Made by a program: the position numbers and the translations under genes
NCBI GenBank assembly: GCA_002722515.1
Contig: PBMH01000042.1
Coordinates: 2,346 to 66,345, forward strand
Direction of reading: 5' to 3'
DNA: 64,000 bases
Origin: Alphaproteobacteria bacterium
Lineage (GTDB): Bacteria > Pseudomonadota > Alphaproteobacteria > UBA6615
Part shown: positions 26,107-35,969 of the stretch, one piece after another
Position numbering within the stretch: position 1 is the stretch's first letter
Layout of the letters: each line of letters begins with the position of its first letter
The notes under the pieces: generated by a model
Told to the model about the DNA's origin: nothing
The model's input: only the letters and a program-made list of their open reading frames with translations
Database searches by the model: none

Positions 26107-27864
26107 TCACGCCGAGCGCAATTCCTCCGTGCGCTCAAGGTCAATCGATAGGTCATCTGTGATCTTCACCCCATAAACCCCTTCTGCTCGCGCACGGCTG
26201 ACGATACCTTCGCGCACATCATGCAGCACCCGCTCAGGATCTCGCGACTGCGGGTCGCCATAGCCGCCTCCGCCTTGGGCGATAGAGACCAGCGTCTCGC
26301 CATCCTCTACCCAGACAATCGAACATTGGTCCAGCTGCTCCGGCTCGCGGTTCCGTTTCGCCTTAAACTGATTCGAGCGAGCGGCCGGTAGCCCGGCCCG
26401 CGCGCCCTGGGGTAAGTGAATGTTCCCATCATGGACGAATCCCGCCTCCATTCGGCAATCTACCGGGCCATACTCGACCTCAATCCCCGGCGCACCGCGA
26501 TGGCGCCCGGCTCCCTCGCTATCGGGTATGAGCCGACGGGTGTGCACATGGATCGGCGTGTAAACTTCATCGAGTTCGACAGAGTCGATGAAACACATGC
26601 CGCCATTGCCGACATGAAGCATAGTTAGCCAAGCATCCTGATGTGGCGCACCAGCGCCCGCCGTGTGGCCGAGGAACAGCTGGTTAACATAGGGTTTTCC
26701 GTTGCGGGGGTCAGTCCCAGACACAACAGCAGTCGATGGCGGACAAAAACAACCAACCTCGCCCATCCCGAACCCGTCACCCATCTCCGCCATCGCCCGC
26801 TGGGTCGCCGACACGATCCGGTCAGCTAGGTTGGTCGTAGAAGCCGAACAGCTGATGGGGTGCTGTGGTACCCCAACTACGCCAGCGTCCTTCAAGTGAA
26901 GTGTGATGCGCCTCAGGGATCCCGCATTCTTAGGTACCGTGTGCTCGATAGAATTGAATACCCCGATATATGCCGCGGTACGGGTGCACGATTCAGACAC
27001 GTTGAGACCGCAGTTCATTTGGTCGGCATTGTCACGCAGATCGACGACAATACGGCCCGCATCCGGGTCTACCGTGACGCTCGACGTCACAGTAACACCC
27101 TCCTCAGGCGTCCCGGGAATGGCGTCATGGGTCGACTGCGCCGACGCCGTGCCCTCTGGAATTTCTGCGATCGCATTGGCCATGCGCCTCTCGGAATATT
27201 CGAACCATTGGCCAGTAAAGGCGTGTAACATCTCCCACCCAACTTCCCTGCCCAACGCCAACAACTCACGTTCTCCTATCAATGCCGAGCCGAGCATGGC
27301 CAGAAAGTCGCCATGCCATTGTTCCGGGACCCGGATACGCAACTGACACATACGTACGATGTCCTCCACCGTCTCGTAGTCCTTGAGCACCTGGACCGCC
27401 GGGAAAATCAGCGCCCCCTCCTCGTAAACGTCACGCGCGGTGCCGTGATAGGTCGTCGGAATAGAGTTACCGATGTCCGCCTGATGGGCCTTGGCTAACA
27501 CCGTGAAGTGGTGGGTGCCGTCATCATCGATGACCGGCATGATAATCGTATGGTCAGCCGGATGAGAACAACCGTGGTAGGGCGAGTTATGAAGAAACGC
27601 ATCGCCTTTCTTCAAATCCGGATGAAAATCCTTCATCGAGCGCGCCATGATATCCGGACCGGACAATACGTGGATCGGGAGGCTCTCGGCCACAGACAGA
27701 AGGTCGCAATCAGCCGTCAGGATGCAGCAGGAGAAGTCCTTCGCACGGTTGAGCACGCCCGAGCGGCCGGTACGCAGTAGCGTGTTGCCCATCTTGGAGG
27801 AGATACCTTCGAACCGATTGGCCAAGATGGCGAGCTGTGCGCCGTCGAGTTGCTTGTTAATCAC
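26107..27864 (-). CDS. Hydantoinase B / oxoprolinase family protein
   Basis: 585 aa. The N-terminus DGAQLAILANRFEGI... is typical of HyuB-type subunits, and it is paired with HyuA upstream. Confidence 0.85.
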   Translation of the reverse strand: MINKQLDGAQLAILANRFEGISSKMGNTLLRTGRSGVLNRAKDFSCCILTADCDLLSVAESLPIHVLSGPDIMARSMKDFHPDLKKGDAFLHNSPYHGCSHPADHTIIMPVIDDDGTHHFTVLAKAHQADIGNSIPTTYHGTARDVYEEGALIFPAVQVLKDYETVEDIVRMCQLRIRVPEQWHGDFLAMLGSALIGERELLALGREVGWEMLHAFTGQWFEYSERRMANAIAEIPEGTASAQSTHDAIPGTPEEGVTVTSSVTVDPDAGRIVVDLRDNADQMNCGLNVSESCTRTAAYIGVFNSIEHTVPKNAGSLRRITLHLKDAGVVGVPQHPISCSASTTNLADRIVSATQRAMAEMGDGFGMGEVGCFCPPSTAVVSGTDPRNGKPYVNQLFLGHTAGAGAPHQDAWLTMLHVGNGGMCFIDSVELDEVYTPIHVHTRRLIPDSEGAGRHRGAPGIEVEYGPVDCRMEAGFVHDGNIHLPQGARAGLPAARSNQFKAKRNREPEQLDQCSIVWVEDGETLVSIAQGGGGYGDPQSRDPERVLHDVREGIVSRARAEGVYGVKITDDLSIDLERTEELRSA

Positions 27865-27877
27865 CGATACTACTCCG

Positions 27878-29941
27878 CTAGGGCTGCATCAGAAGGCTGC
27901 CGGACGCCGTCCGCTCAAAACCGGTCGCGCTGTCCGCGATCACCGTTGTGAAGGGAGATTCGATAATCGCCGGCCCCTGAAATTTCTGAGCTACCGCCAT
28001 GGTCTCGAAATCATGCACAGCCGCATCAACGGCGCCGTCGTCCGCGAAGTAGACCCGGCGGGTACCCGATACCTCGTGCCCTTTGCCCGCACCGAGTCTT
28101 CCGAGGCCGCTATCCCGCAGCCCGCAACGCGCGGTCACTGTCCACCCCACATATTCGATGACGGAACCCGGATCGCGAATCGCGAATATACGTTCATGCA
28201 TGGCATGAAATGCTTCGTTAAGGGTCTCAAGCTCGTCACTGCTGGTAAATCGATCCATTGGCAGCGGCACCTCGATCTCCCAAACCTGGGAGGCGTAACG
28301 CGCCTCGACGGAAAACTCAGTCCGCGATGAGACAGCGTTCGATCCAGGCCCATCAATAAATGCCTGAGCCTCGGCCCGCAAATCCTCGAGCGTGCGGTTC
28401 ACACCTACCTCGTCAAACGCATCAGAGGTGGTGAAGAAGGTCGCGCGATACTCGTTCGTTAGATCCGCCATCAAAGCACCTGCGGCACTCAGTCCGGCGC
28501 CAGTTTCCGGGATCAACAAACTAGGACAGCCCAGACGTCGCGCGATGTAGATAGAATTCAGGCCAGCTGCACCGCCCCCCCCGATCAGTACAGCATTTGC
28601 GGGATCGATCCCCTGATCGACGGTGATATCCGAAATCGCTTGGACCATATTTTCCGTCGCGACACTGAGGATAGATGCCGCCGCTTCTTCCACCGACAAG
28701 CCGAGTGGTACAGCCACATGGCCTTCGACGGCATTGCGCGCACCCGCCGCATCGAGATCCATTGTACCGCCAAGAAAATACCCCGGATCGAGATAGCCTA
28801 GCGTCACGCAAGCATCTGTCACGGTGGGCTCCGTGCCGCCTGCGCCGTAGCAGACAGGCCCCGGCACGGCTCCAGCGCTTTGTGGGCCAACATGCAGCAA
28901 CCCTCCCGCATCAACCCAGGCAATCGAACCACCACCAGCCCCAACGCTCTTGATATCAATTGACGGGAAGCCGGTCATGTGACCCCGAAAGGGCTGTCCA
29001 ATCCAAGTCTCCTTGGTCAGTGGGATACGCCCATCACGCACAAGGCTGACGTCATATGTCGTCCCACCGGTATCCGCAATAATTACGTTAGCCGAGGCGG
29101 ATTCGATATCAGCATAGTTACGTCCTGCAATCGGCGCCATGGAGGGACCAGAATTGATTGCGTGGATGGGCTTCTGAGCCAAGTCGCTTGCATCAAGCAT
29201 TCCGCCCTGAGATGTCAGCACCAGCGTGCGCCCTACGAAGCCGGCGGCAGCAAGACGGTCCGTCAATCCACCCAAATACTTGCCCATCAGCGGCTTTAGT
29301 GACGCATCGATCGCCGTCGCCGAAGCACGGCGGTACTCACGGAGCGCCGGGTTGATCAAGTGGGACAGCGTGTAGGGCACACCAGGTAAATTTTCTTCGA
29401 GTAGTTCACCAACGCGCAGTTCATGGGACGGATTCGAGATCGACCACAGGAAACAAACGGCTACAGCCTCTACCTCGGATGCCTTGAGTTCCTCAATGAT
29501 CGCGCGCACGGCTAACTCATCGAGCGGTGTGTGAGGCTCTCCGGCACTGTTGATGCGTTCGGGCACCTCGAATGTGAGCGAACGAGCGATATAAGGCTCA
29601 GGATATGCCGCGACGAAGTTGAACGGCTCTATTCGTCCACCCTCGCGCAGAACGAGAACATCCGGGTGCCCGGCGGTCGTGAGAAACGCCGTACGCGCGG
29701 TGTTACCGGTGATGATCGCGTTGATAGCGTGTGTAGTGCCGTGAATGAGAGTCTGACCGCGCGCGAGTAGCTCGTGAAGCTCTAGATCCCGGTCAGCCGC
29801 AGCAAGTGCAAGCGCATCTAATACCCCAGTCACTGGATCGGCAGGCGTAGTCGGCGCCTTATACATAGAAAGCGCACCACTATCTTCCTCGACGATGAGG
29901 TCCGTGAAGGTTCCCCCGGTATCACATGCAAACCGCATCAA
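27878..29941 (-). CDS. Hydantoinase A / oxoprolinase family protein
   Basis: 687 aa with ASKHA-fold motifs: CDTGGTFTDL at the N-terminus, ADTGGTTYDVS and GGGAAG. Confidence 0.85.
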   Translation of the reverse strand: MMRFACDTGGTFTDLIVEEDSGALSMYKAPTTPADPVTGVLDALALAAADRDLELHELLARGQTLIHGTTHAINAIITGNTARTAFLTTAGHPDVLVLREGGRIEPFNFVAAYPEPYIARSLTFEVPERINSAGEPHTPLDELAVRAIIEELKASEVEAVAVCFLWSISNPSHELRVGELLEENLPGVPYTLSHLINPALREYRRASATAIDASLKPLMGKYLGGLTDRLAAAGFVGRTLVLTSQGGMLDASDLAQKPIHAINSGPSMAPIAGRNYADIESASANVIIADTGGTTYDVSLVRDGRIPLTKETWIGQPFRGHMTGFPSIDIKSVGAGGGSIAWVDAGGLLHVGPQSAGAVPGPVCYGAGGTEPTVTDACVTLGYLDPGYFLGGTMDLDAAGARNAVEGHVAVPLGLSVEEAAASILSVATENMVQAISDITVDQGIDPANAVLIGGGGAAGLNSIYIARRLGCPSLLIPETGAGLSAAGALMADLTNEYRATFFTTSDAFDEVGVNRTLEDLRAEAQAFIDGPGSNAVSSRTEFSVEARYASQVWEIEVPLPMDRFTSSDELETLNEAFHAMHERIFAIRDPGSVIEYVGWTVTARCGLRDSGLGRLGAGKGHEVSGTRRVYFADDGAVDAAVHDFETMAVAQKFQGPAIIESPFTTVIADSATGFERTASGSLLMQP

Positions 29942-30104
29942 ATCCCCCTCCCCATAATAGACGAACCGATTGAAGCATTCCGAACCAAATGTTCATAGGA
30001 CTTCTCGCCCCAAACATATCGAAATTCGACTGTTTCCGGTTGACGCCTGCGGGGTAGGCGTCCAATGCTTCGTATTGATCAAACTGGCGGTTTAGGAACA
30101 AAAC

Positions 30105-31052
30105 ATGACGCTTCATCCGCAAGCGCAAGCGGTTCTGAACCTACTAAACGAGGCGCCGACGCCGCTCAAGGAAATGCTTCCGGATGAGGCGCGCGAAGCC
30201 TATGACCGCTTTATCGTGCCACGCAATTTCGACCCGGTACCGCTTGCCCGTATCGAGGACCGTAAGATTTCCGGGCCGGGCGGCGATATGCGGGTCCGCA
30301 TCTATTGGCCCAACGACGAAAGCGGACCGTTGCCGGTCTTCCTTTTCTTCCATGGGGGGGGCTTCGTAATCGGCAGCATAGAGAGCCGCGACCCCCAGTG
30401 CCGCATGATTTCGCGTGATACACCATGCATCGTCGTCTCCGTAGATTACCGGCTTGCGCCCGAGCACCCTTTCCCCGCCGCGCCTGACGACTGCTGGGCA
30501 GCGCTGCAATGGGTGCATGCGAAGGCCGGATCGTTAGGTGGCGATCCGGCCCGGATAGCTGTCGGCGGCGAGAGCGCAGGTGGCAATCTGGCGGCCGGGC
30601 TGGCCCTCCGGGCCCGGGACACTGGCGGCCCCGCGCTGAGCGCGCAGATTCTCGTCTACCCGGTCACCGACATGTTCTTTGAACAGGATCTGCCCTCCCG
30701 CATGTTTCTCGACGAGGACTACTTTCTGACCCGCGACCAAATGACCTGGTACTATGAGTGTTACACACCGGGAATAACCTCGACGGAAGACATTATGCTG
30801 TCACCCAGCAAATCCGCTAACCTGGACAACCTACCATTCACCCAGATAGTGACCGCAGAGTTCGATCCACTGCGCGACTATGGAAAACAGTACGGCGAAC
30901 GCCTAGCCGCCGCAGGCGTTACCGTGGAATATAGCTGTATGGCCGGCATGATCCACGGATACTGGCACTATGGAAAGCTGATCGATGCCGCCACCGAGGC
31001 ACTAAATCTTTCGATTAACGCCCTGCAACGCGCTTTCAACGACCGGAGTTGA
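30105..31052 (+). CDS. Alpha/beta hydrolase, hormone-sensitive-lipase-type esterase
   Basis: HGGGF oxyanion motif (FFHGGGFVIGS) and GESAGG nucleophile elbow. Confidence 0.85.
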   Translation: MTLHPQAQAVLNLLNEAPTPLKEMLPDEAREAYDRFIVPRNFDPVPLARIEDRKISGPGGDMRVRIYWPNDESGPLPVFLFFHGGGFVIGSIESRDPQCRMISRDTPCIVVSVDYRLAPEHPFPAAPDDCWAALQWVHAKAGSLGGDPARIAVGGESAGGNLAAGLALRARDTGGPALSAQILVYPVTDMFFEQDLPSRMFLDEDYFLTRDQMTWYYECYTPGITSTEDIMLSPSKSANLDNLPFTQIVTAEFDPLRDYGKQYGERLAAAGVTVEYSCMAGMIHGYWHYGKLIDAATEALNLSINALQRAFNDRS

Positions 31053-31056
31053 CATC

Positions 31057-31851
31057 ATGGATGCTGCCGCAATCGACAAGGCCGCCACAGCTATCGCCGA
31101 GAATAGACTGAACCGAACCAAACTCGACATGCTTTCGGCCGAATATCGCCCCGCCGACCTGAACGACGCATATTCGATTCAGGAGCGACACAATGTAATC
31201 CTCAGCAGGAGCGGGCTCGGCAAGCGCGTTGGCTACAAGATTGGCTGCACCACGCCGGTGATGCAGGAATATATGAACATTCACGAGCCCTCATTCGGCG
31301 AGGTGTTCGACACAGCGGTTCACCAAGATCACGTCGACCTGACATTCACTAATTATGTGAACCCCGGCATCGAGACTGAAATCGCGGTATGGCTCGCATC
31401 GGACATGCCGGCGGCAGATGGGCCGTATACGCGCGATAATGTGCGCAACGCGATCGGCGCCGTAATGATATCTATTGAGATTGTTGAGGCGCGCTATCGG
31501 AACTATCGAAAGCTCGATACCCCGACTATGGTCGCCGATAACTTTTTCAACACCGCCGTGATACTCGGCGACCCGGTCCCCAACTGGCATAAAATGGATC
31601 TCGCCGCGGCTGAGGGCACGATACTGCTCAACGGCAAGCTACTCGGCACCGGCCTCGGGTCGCTCATCATGGGCCACCCCTTCGAGGCCCTCGCATGGCT
31701 CGCCAATCGCCTGTGTGAACGTAGCCGCCACCTCGAGGCGGGAAAGTTCGTAACACTTGGATCCGTGATCGCAACCCACTGGGTCTCACAAGGTGACTGT
31801 ATCGAACATTCGATACCGGGCCTCGGATCCATCTCGGTATCATTCGCCTAG
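31057..31851 (+). CDS. 2-keto-4-pentenoate hydratase family (MhpD/HpcG-like)
   Basis: GYKIGCT, ETEIAV, EIVEAR and ADNF blocks characteristic of this FAH-fold hydratase/decarboxylase family. Confidence 0.75.
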   Translation: MDAAAIDKAATAIAENRLNRTKLDMLSAEYRPADLNDAYSIQERHNVILSRSGLGKRVGYKIGCTTPVMQEYMNIHEPSFGEVFDTAVHQDHVDLTFTNYVNPGIETEIAVWLASDMPAADGPYTRDNVRNAIGAVMISIEIVEARYRNYRKLDTPTMVADNFFNTAVILGDPVPNWHKMDLAAAEGTILLNGKLLGTGLGSLIMGHPFEALAWLANRLCERSRHLEAGKFVTLGSVIATHWVSQGDCIEHSIPGLGSISVSFA

Positions 31852-31880
31852 GTCAGAGATGAAAACGGAGAATAATTTTT

Positions 31881-32945
31881 ATGAAAAGTTATCAGCTCAT
31901 TGCCGTCAACCAGCCCCTCAAACTCATCGAGAGCGATACGCCGGAACCTCAAGGCTGTGAGGTCCTGCTCAAGATAACTGCCTGCGGTGTCTGCCATTCC
32001 GACCTGCATTTCTGGCACGGCTACTACGATCTCGGTGACGGCACTAAGATGACCCTTGAAGACCGCAACATAGAGCTACCATTCACGATGGGCCACGAGC
32101 CCGTCGGCGAGGTGGTGGCGGTTGGGCCGGACGCAGACGGCGATGTCGAAACCGGAAAGACTTACCTAATTTTCCCCTGGCTCGGCTGCGGCGACTGCGC
32201 TCGCTGTAACGAGGGCCGCGAGAACGACTGTCCAAACACTGCACCGCTAGGGGTACGCCGCCCAGGCGGCTATGCCGACCATGTGGTGATTCCCGACGAA
32301 AAGTATCTCGTGGACATCGAGGGGGTAGACCCCCATTACGCCTGCACTCTGGCCTGTGCGGGCATCACCTCTTTCAGCGCGATCCGCAAGGCACGAGACA
32401 TCGCCACTGACGATAAGCTAGTCATCATCGGTGCTGGCGGCGTAGGACTTACCGGCGTTGGTATAGCAGCTGACTATATAACCAACGAGAAGATCGTCGT
32501 GGATGTTGATGAGGAGAAACTCGCCGCCGCGCGCGAGGCCGGGGCAAACCACACGATCAACCCACTGCGCGAAGATGCGCGGGCGGCGATAGCAAGTTTG
32601 ACTACAGCCGGCGCAGGCGCCGTTGTCGATTTCGTTGCAAATACAGAGACTGCAAGTTTAGGCATCGACGTGCTCCGGCGCGGTGGTAGCTACATCGCCG
32701 TCGGTCTCTACGGCGGACGTATCAACATTCCTTCTCTGGCATTGCCAACTCGGGATATAGCGCTGCGTGGTTCCTATGTGGGCACGCTCAGCGAGATGCA
32801 TGAGCTGATGGGGTTGGTTAAGGCCGGTAAAGTTGACCCGATCCCCGTAGCCTCACGACCGATGTCGGAAGTTACCGAGACACTTCAGGACCTCGAGGCT
32901 GGGCGGATTATCGGCCGCGTGGTGGTGGTACCCGAAGGAGCCTAG
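31881..32945 (+). CDS. Zinc-dependent alcohol dehydrogenase
   Basis: CGVCHSDLH catalytic-zinc motif, structural-zinc Cys cluster GCGDCARC, and GAGGVG Rossmann motif. Confidence 0.85.
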   Translation: MKSYQLIAVNQPLKLIESDTPEPQGCEVLLKITACGVCHSDLHFWHGYYDLGDGTKMTLEDRNIELPFTMGHEPVGEVVAVGPDADGDVETGKTYLIFPWLGCGDCARCNEGRENDCPNTAPLGVRRPGGYADHVVIPDEKYLVDIEGVDPHYACTLACAGITSFSAIRKARDIATDDKLVIIGAGGVGLTGVGIAADYITNEKIVVDVDEEKLAAAREAGANHTINPLREDARAAIASLTTAGAGAVVDFVANTETASLGIDVLRRGGSYIAVGLYGGRINIPSLALPTRDIALRGSYVGTLSEMHELMGLVKAGKVDPIPVASRPMSEVTETLQDLEAGRIIGRVVVVPEGA

Positions 32946-33946
32946 AGCTCTGAGCCGACCAACCCCATAGCGGCGCACAACAGACCAGGCACCCGGGCCT
33001 CCGCCTCTTCGAGCTCCCATGCCGGATACGCCCCAACGCGTGCGCGCCGACCCTGCTGCAGAGCGATGACGGCCCAGCGCAGATGGGCGAAAACCTCCCA
33101 AAACCGGACCCTGGCACGATCGGGGACATGCCCGCCGGCCGCCGCGTAGGCGCGATAGAATGTTGTTCGAGAACCCAGACCACCGGCTTCACGATCAGGC
33201 GCATTCCCGCGCCAGCAAGCGCCGCAGAACCAGCCAATATCCTCAGCCGGATCACCCCAGCCGGCGAATTCCCAATCCAGAACCGCCGTCAAATGGTCGC
33301 CATCAACTAGAAAGTTACCAGTGCGAAAGTCGCGATGGACTAGCCGCGCCTGAATTGCGAGGGGCAGATTCGTCCGGAGCCACGCAAGACCGGCCGCCAG
33401 ACCATACGATATGTTCGTGGGAAGCGGCGAAAGTGCCTCAACCCAAGTTTCCAGTTGCATCACCCGTTCACTAGCGAAAACCGCCGTTCCCTCCCCACCG
33501 GGCGAAACAAGATGAATACGAGCAAGCGCAGCAGCCAATTCGCGAATGAGAGCTACGTTGTCGTCCCGTGCAGTCAATCGATCAACTGCGGTGTCGCCAG
33601 CCACATACCGGGTCACCAGGAACGGAATCTTAGCATTCGACAACCACATTGGCTCGGCCACCGGAACACCTGCTGAGTGAGCAATCCGAAGGAACGCAAA
33701 CTCGTCTGACTTCGAAAGGCTCTCGGGAAGTTGCACATCTGGGCCAGCGCGCAGCACGTAGGGAGTGATCTTTGCCCCTACTTCAACATCAATGCGCCAG
33801 TTGTGCTGGACTGCACCGCCGGACATAAGACGTAGACTTGTAATGCGTGCTTCCGGTGACAGGAGCCGGTCAGCGAACCAGATTCCGAGCTGGTCCTCCG
33901 AGACCGGAAACCGGGGGGACGGCCCCGCGTGCAGTCCGTCAGGCAC
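32942..33946 (-). CDS. Phosphotransferase (APH / choline-kinase-like) family protein
   Basis: Brenner motif LVHRDFRTGNFLV and DWEFAGWGDPAEDI. The GTG start overlaps the ACAD stop by 1 nt. Confidence 0.8.
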   Translation of the reverse strand: MPDGLHAGPSPRFPVSEDQLGIWFADRLLSPEARITSLRLMSGGAVQHNWRIDVEVGAKITPYVLRAGPDVQLPESLSKSDEFAFLRIAHSAGVPVAEPMWLSNAKIPFLVTRYVAGDTAVDRLTARDDNVALIRELAAALARIHLVSPGGEGTAVFASERVMQLETWVEALSPLPTNISYGLAAGLAWLRTNLPLAIQARLVHRDFRTGNFLVDGDHLTAVLDWEFAGWGDPAEDIGWFCGACWRGNAPDREAGGLGSRTTFYRAYAAAGGHVPDRARVRFWEVFAHLRWAVIALQQGRRARVGAYPAWELEEAEARVPGLLCAAMGLVGSEL

Positions 33947-35145
33947 TAGTCCCAGCTCCAGAAACCAGTCCCCTCACCTAGCAGGTGACGCGCTATGACC
34001 ATCTTGTGCACCTCGGAGGCGCCATCGACCAGCTTCGCCTGCGGCGCGTAGCGGTACATCCATTCGAGCGGCAAATCCTTTGAATAACCCCGCGCACCGT
34101 TGAGCTGGATCGACGTCGAAATTGTTTTGTGCAGGATCTCAGACACCCAGATCTTAGCCATCGAAACCTCCTTGCGTGCCTGGTCGCCAGTATCGAGTTT
34201 CGCTGCGGCGCGCATGGTTAGTAATCGACCAATTTCTATATCCATTGCCGCATCTGCAAGCATCCACTGGACACCTTCGTGATCCGCTAGGACCGACCCG
34301 AAATTCTGCCGATTTTTAACATAGCCAAGACATTCCTCGACCGCTCGTTTCGACATGCCCAGCCATCGCATGCAATGCGTCAGGCGCGCCGTACCCAGGC
34401 GAATTTGTACGGACTTCATACCTTCACCAACATCCATCAATCGATTCTCGTCCTCGATTTCCAGACCATCAAACACCACCTCACAGTGCCCGCCATGCTC
34501 TTCAGGGCCCATGATCGGAATCCGGCGTTCGATGTGCCAACCAGGTTGGTCCTTGTGAAACAAGAAGGTTGTAAGCGCACCTCGCTTGTTGTCCGATGTG
34601 CGTGCTAGGAGAATGAAATGTTGCGCCCCCTGGGCCCCGGTAATGAACCATTTGCGGCCGCTGATGACCCACTTGTCGTTCCCCTTGCGTTCGGCGCGGG
34701 TCAACATCATCGTCGGGTCGGATCCCGCTCCTGGAGCCGGTTCGGTCATAACGATAGAGGAACGGACATCACCGTCGATAATTGGCTGTAGCCAGCGATC
34801 CTTCTGATCTTCGCGTGCAACGCGATCGAGCAGGATCATATTACCGTCGTCGGGTGCGGCGCAGTTAAATACGACCGGCCCGAACCGTGAGCGCGCGGCC
34901 TCCTCGTAGAACGTCGCCATACCGACCGTGTCCAGGCCGAGGCCGCCGCGCCCTGCCGGCATCTGTGGCGCCCAAAGGCCAGCGGCCTTGGCCTTCTCCC
35001 GCAGCGTCTCAAGTGGAACCTCGGCGATATTTTCGTGATCATCAAAATTCCTTTGGTCCGCTTCAATCGGCATAATCTCGCCGGCAACGAAGCCGGCTAC
35101 CTTCCGCCGCAGCTCTTCCAGTTCTTTGGGTAGAGAGAAATCCAA
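33946..35145 (-). CDS. Acyl-CoA dehydrogenase family protein, ACAD10/ACAD11-like C-terminal pattern
   Basis: ACAD fold. The C-terminal block THCMRWLG...KEVSMAKIWVSE...LVDGASEVH resembles the ACAD10/11-type sequence (recalled HHCMR...KEIAMIKV...LADGPDEVH). Confidence 0.85.
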   Translation of the reverse strand: MDFSLPKELEELRRKVAGFVAGEIMPIEADQRNFDDHENIAEVPLETLREKAKAAGLWAPQMPAGRGGLGLDTVGMATFYEEAARSRFGPVVFNCAAPDDGNMILLDRVAREDQKDRWLQPIIDGDVRSSIVMTEPAPGAGSDPTMMLTRAERKGNDKWVISGRKWFITGAQGAQHFILLARTSDNKRGALTTFLFHKDQPGWHIERRIPIMGPEEHGGHCEVVFDGLEIEDENRLMDVGEGMKSVQIRLGTARLTHCMRWLGMSKRAVEECLGYVKNRQNFGSVLADHEGVQWMLADAAMDIEIGRLLTMRAAAKLDTGDQARKEVSMAKIWVSEILHKTISTSIQLNGARGYSKDLPLEWMYRYAPQAKLVDGASEVHKMVIARHLLGEGTGFWSWD

Positions 35146-35168
35146 ACCTGCGTCTCCTGTTTCGTGGC

Positions 35169-35939
35169 CTACAAGGCCGAAAGGGTCAGGCCACCATCAA
35201 CACCAATGATCGACCCAGTCATATAGGCGCCCGCCGGGCCGGCGAGCAGTAGCAACACACCGTCGAGGTCTTCCGGGTCACCAAAACGTTTCACAGGGAC
35301 CCGCTTCCGAATGCGTTGCCCCGGCTCACTGTCGAGGAATGAATCATTCAACTCGGTGCGGATATAGCCGGGGGCAATCGCGTTCACAAGAACACCGTCG
35401 CGAGCTAGTTCAAGGGCCAGCGTCTCCGTCATACTCACAAGCCCTGCTTTTGAAATTCCATAGGACTGGGTACGCTTGGCCACGGTTTTCCAGCCCAGAA
35501 CCGAGGCGACATTGATGATCCGTCCGCCATGGCCATGTTCGATCATATTGCGACCGACCTCACGCGCAACTAGCCAAGCACCCTTCAGATTCGTATCTAT
35601 CACACGATCCCACTCCTCCTCGTCCATATCGAGAGTCAGGGCCGTGGGCGGCACGCCGGCATTGTTAATCAGGATCTTCACTGCGCCGAGCTGCTGCTCG
35701 ACAATGCGCACAGCCCGGGCAACAGAGTCCGCTTCCGTAACATCCAGCTCCACTGGCAATGCGCGCCCACCATCGGCCTCGATGATTGCAGCCAGATTCA
35801 TCAAGCGGTCGGTACGCCGTGCCGCAATAGCAACCTTAGCGCCGGCGCGCGCCAAAGTGCGAGCGAAATGCGCACCCAAACCACTAGACGCGCCCGTGAC
35901 AAAGGCTACGTTTTCGCTGAGGTCAAACCGACCGTTCAT
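35169..35939 (-). CDS. SDR family oxidoreductase
   Basis: TGASSGLG, NNAG and YGISK motifs. Confidence 0.9.
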   Translation of the reverse strand: MNGRFDLSENVAFVTGASSGLGAHFARTLARAGAKVAIAARRTDRLMNLAAIIEADGGRALPVELDVTEADSVARAVRIVEQQLGAVKILINNAGVPPTALTLDMDEEEWDRVIDTNLKGAWLVAREVGRNMIEHGHGGRIINVASVLGWKTVAKRTQSYGISKAGLVSMTETLALELARDGVLVNAIAPGYIRTELNDSFLDSEPGQRIRKRVPVKRFGDPEDLDGVLLLLAGPAGAYMTGSIIGVDGGLTLSAL

Positions 35940-35969
35940 TCGTCTCTCCTCAATTCCGAGTGTTTGCCG

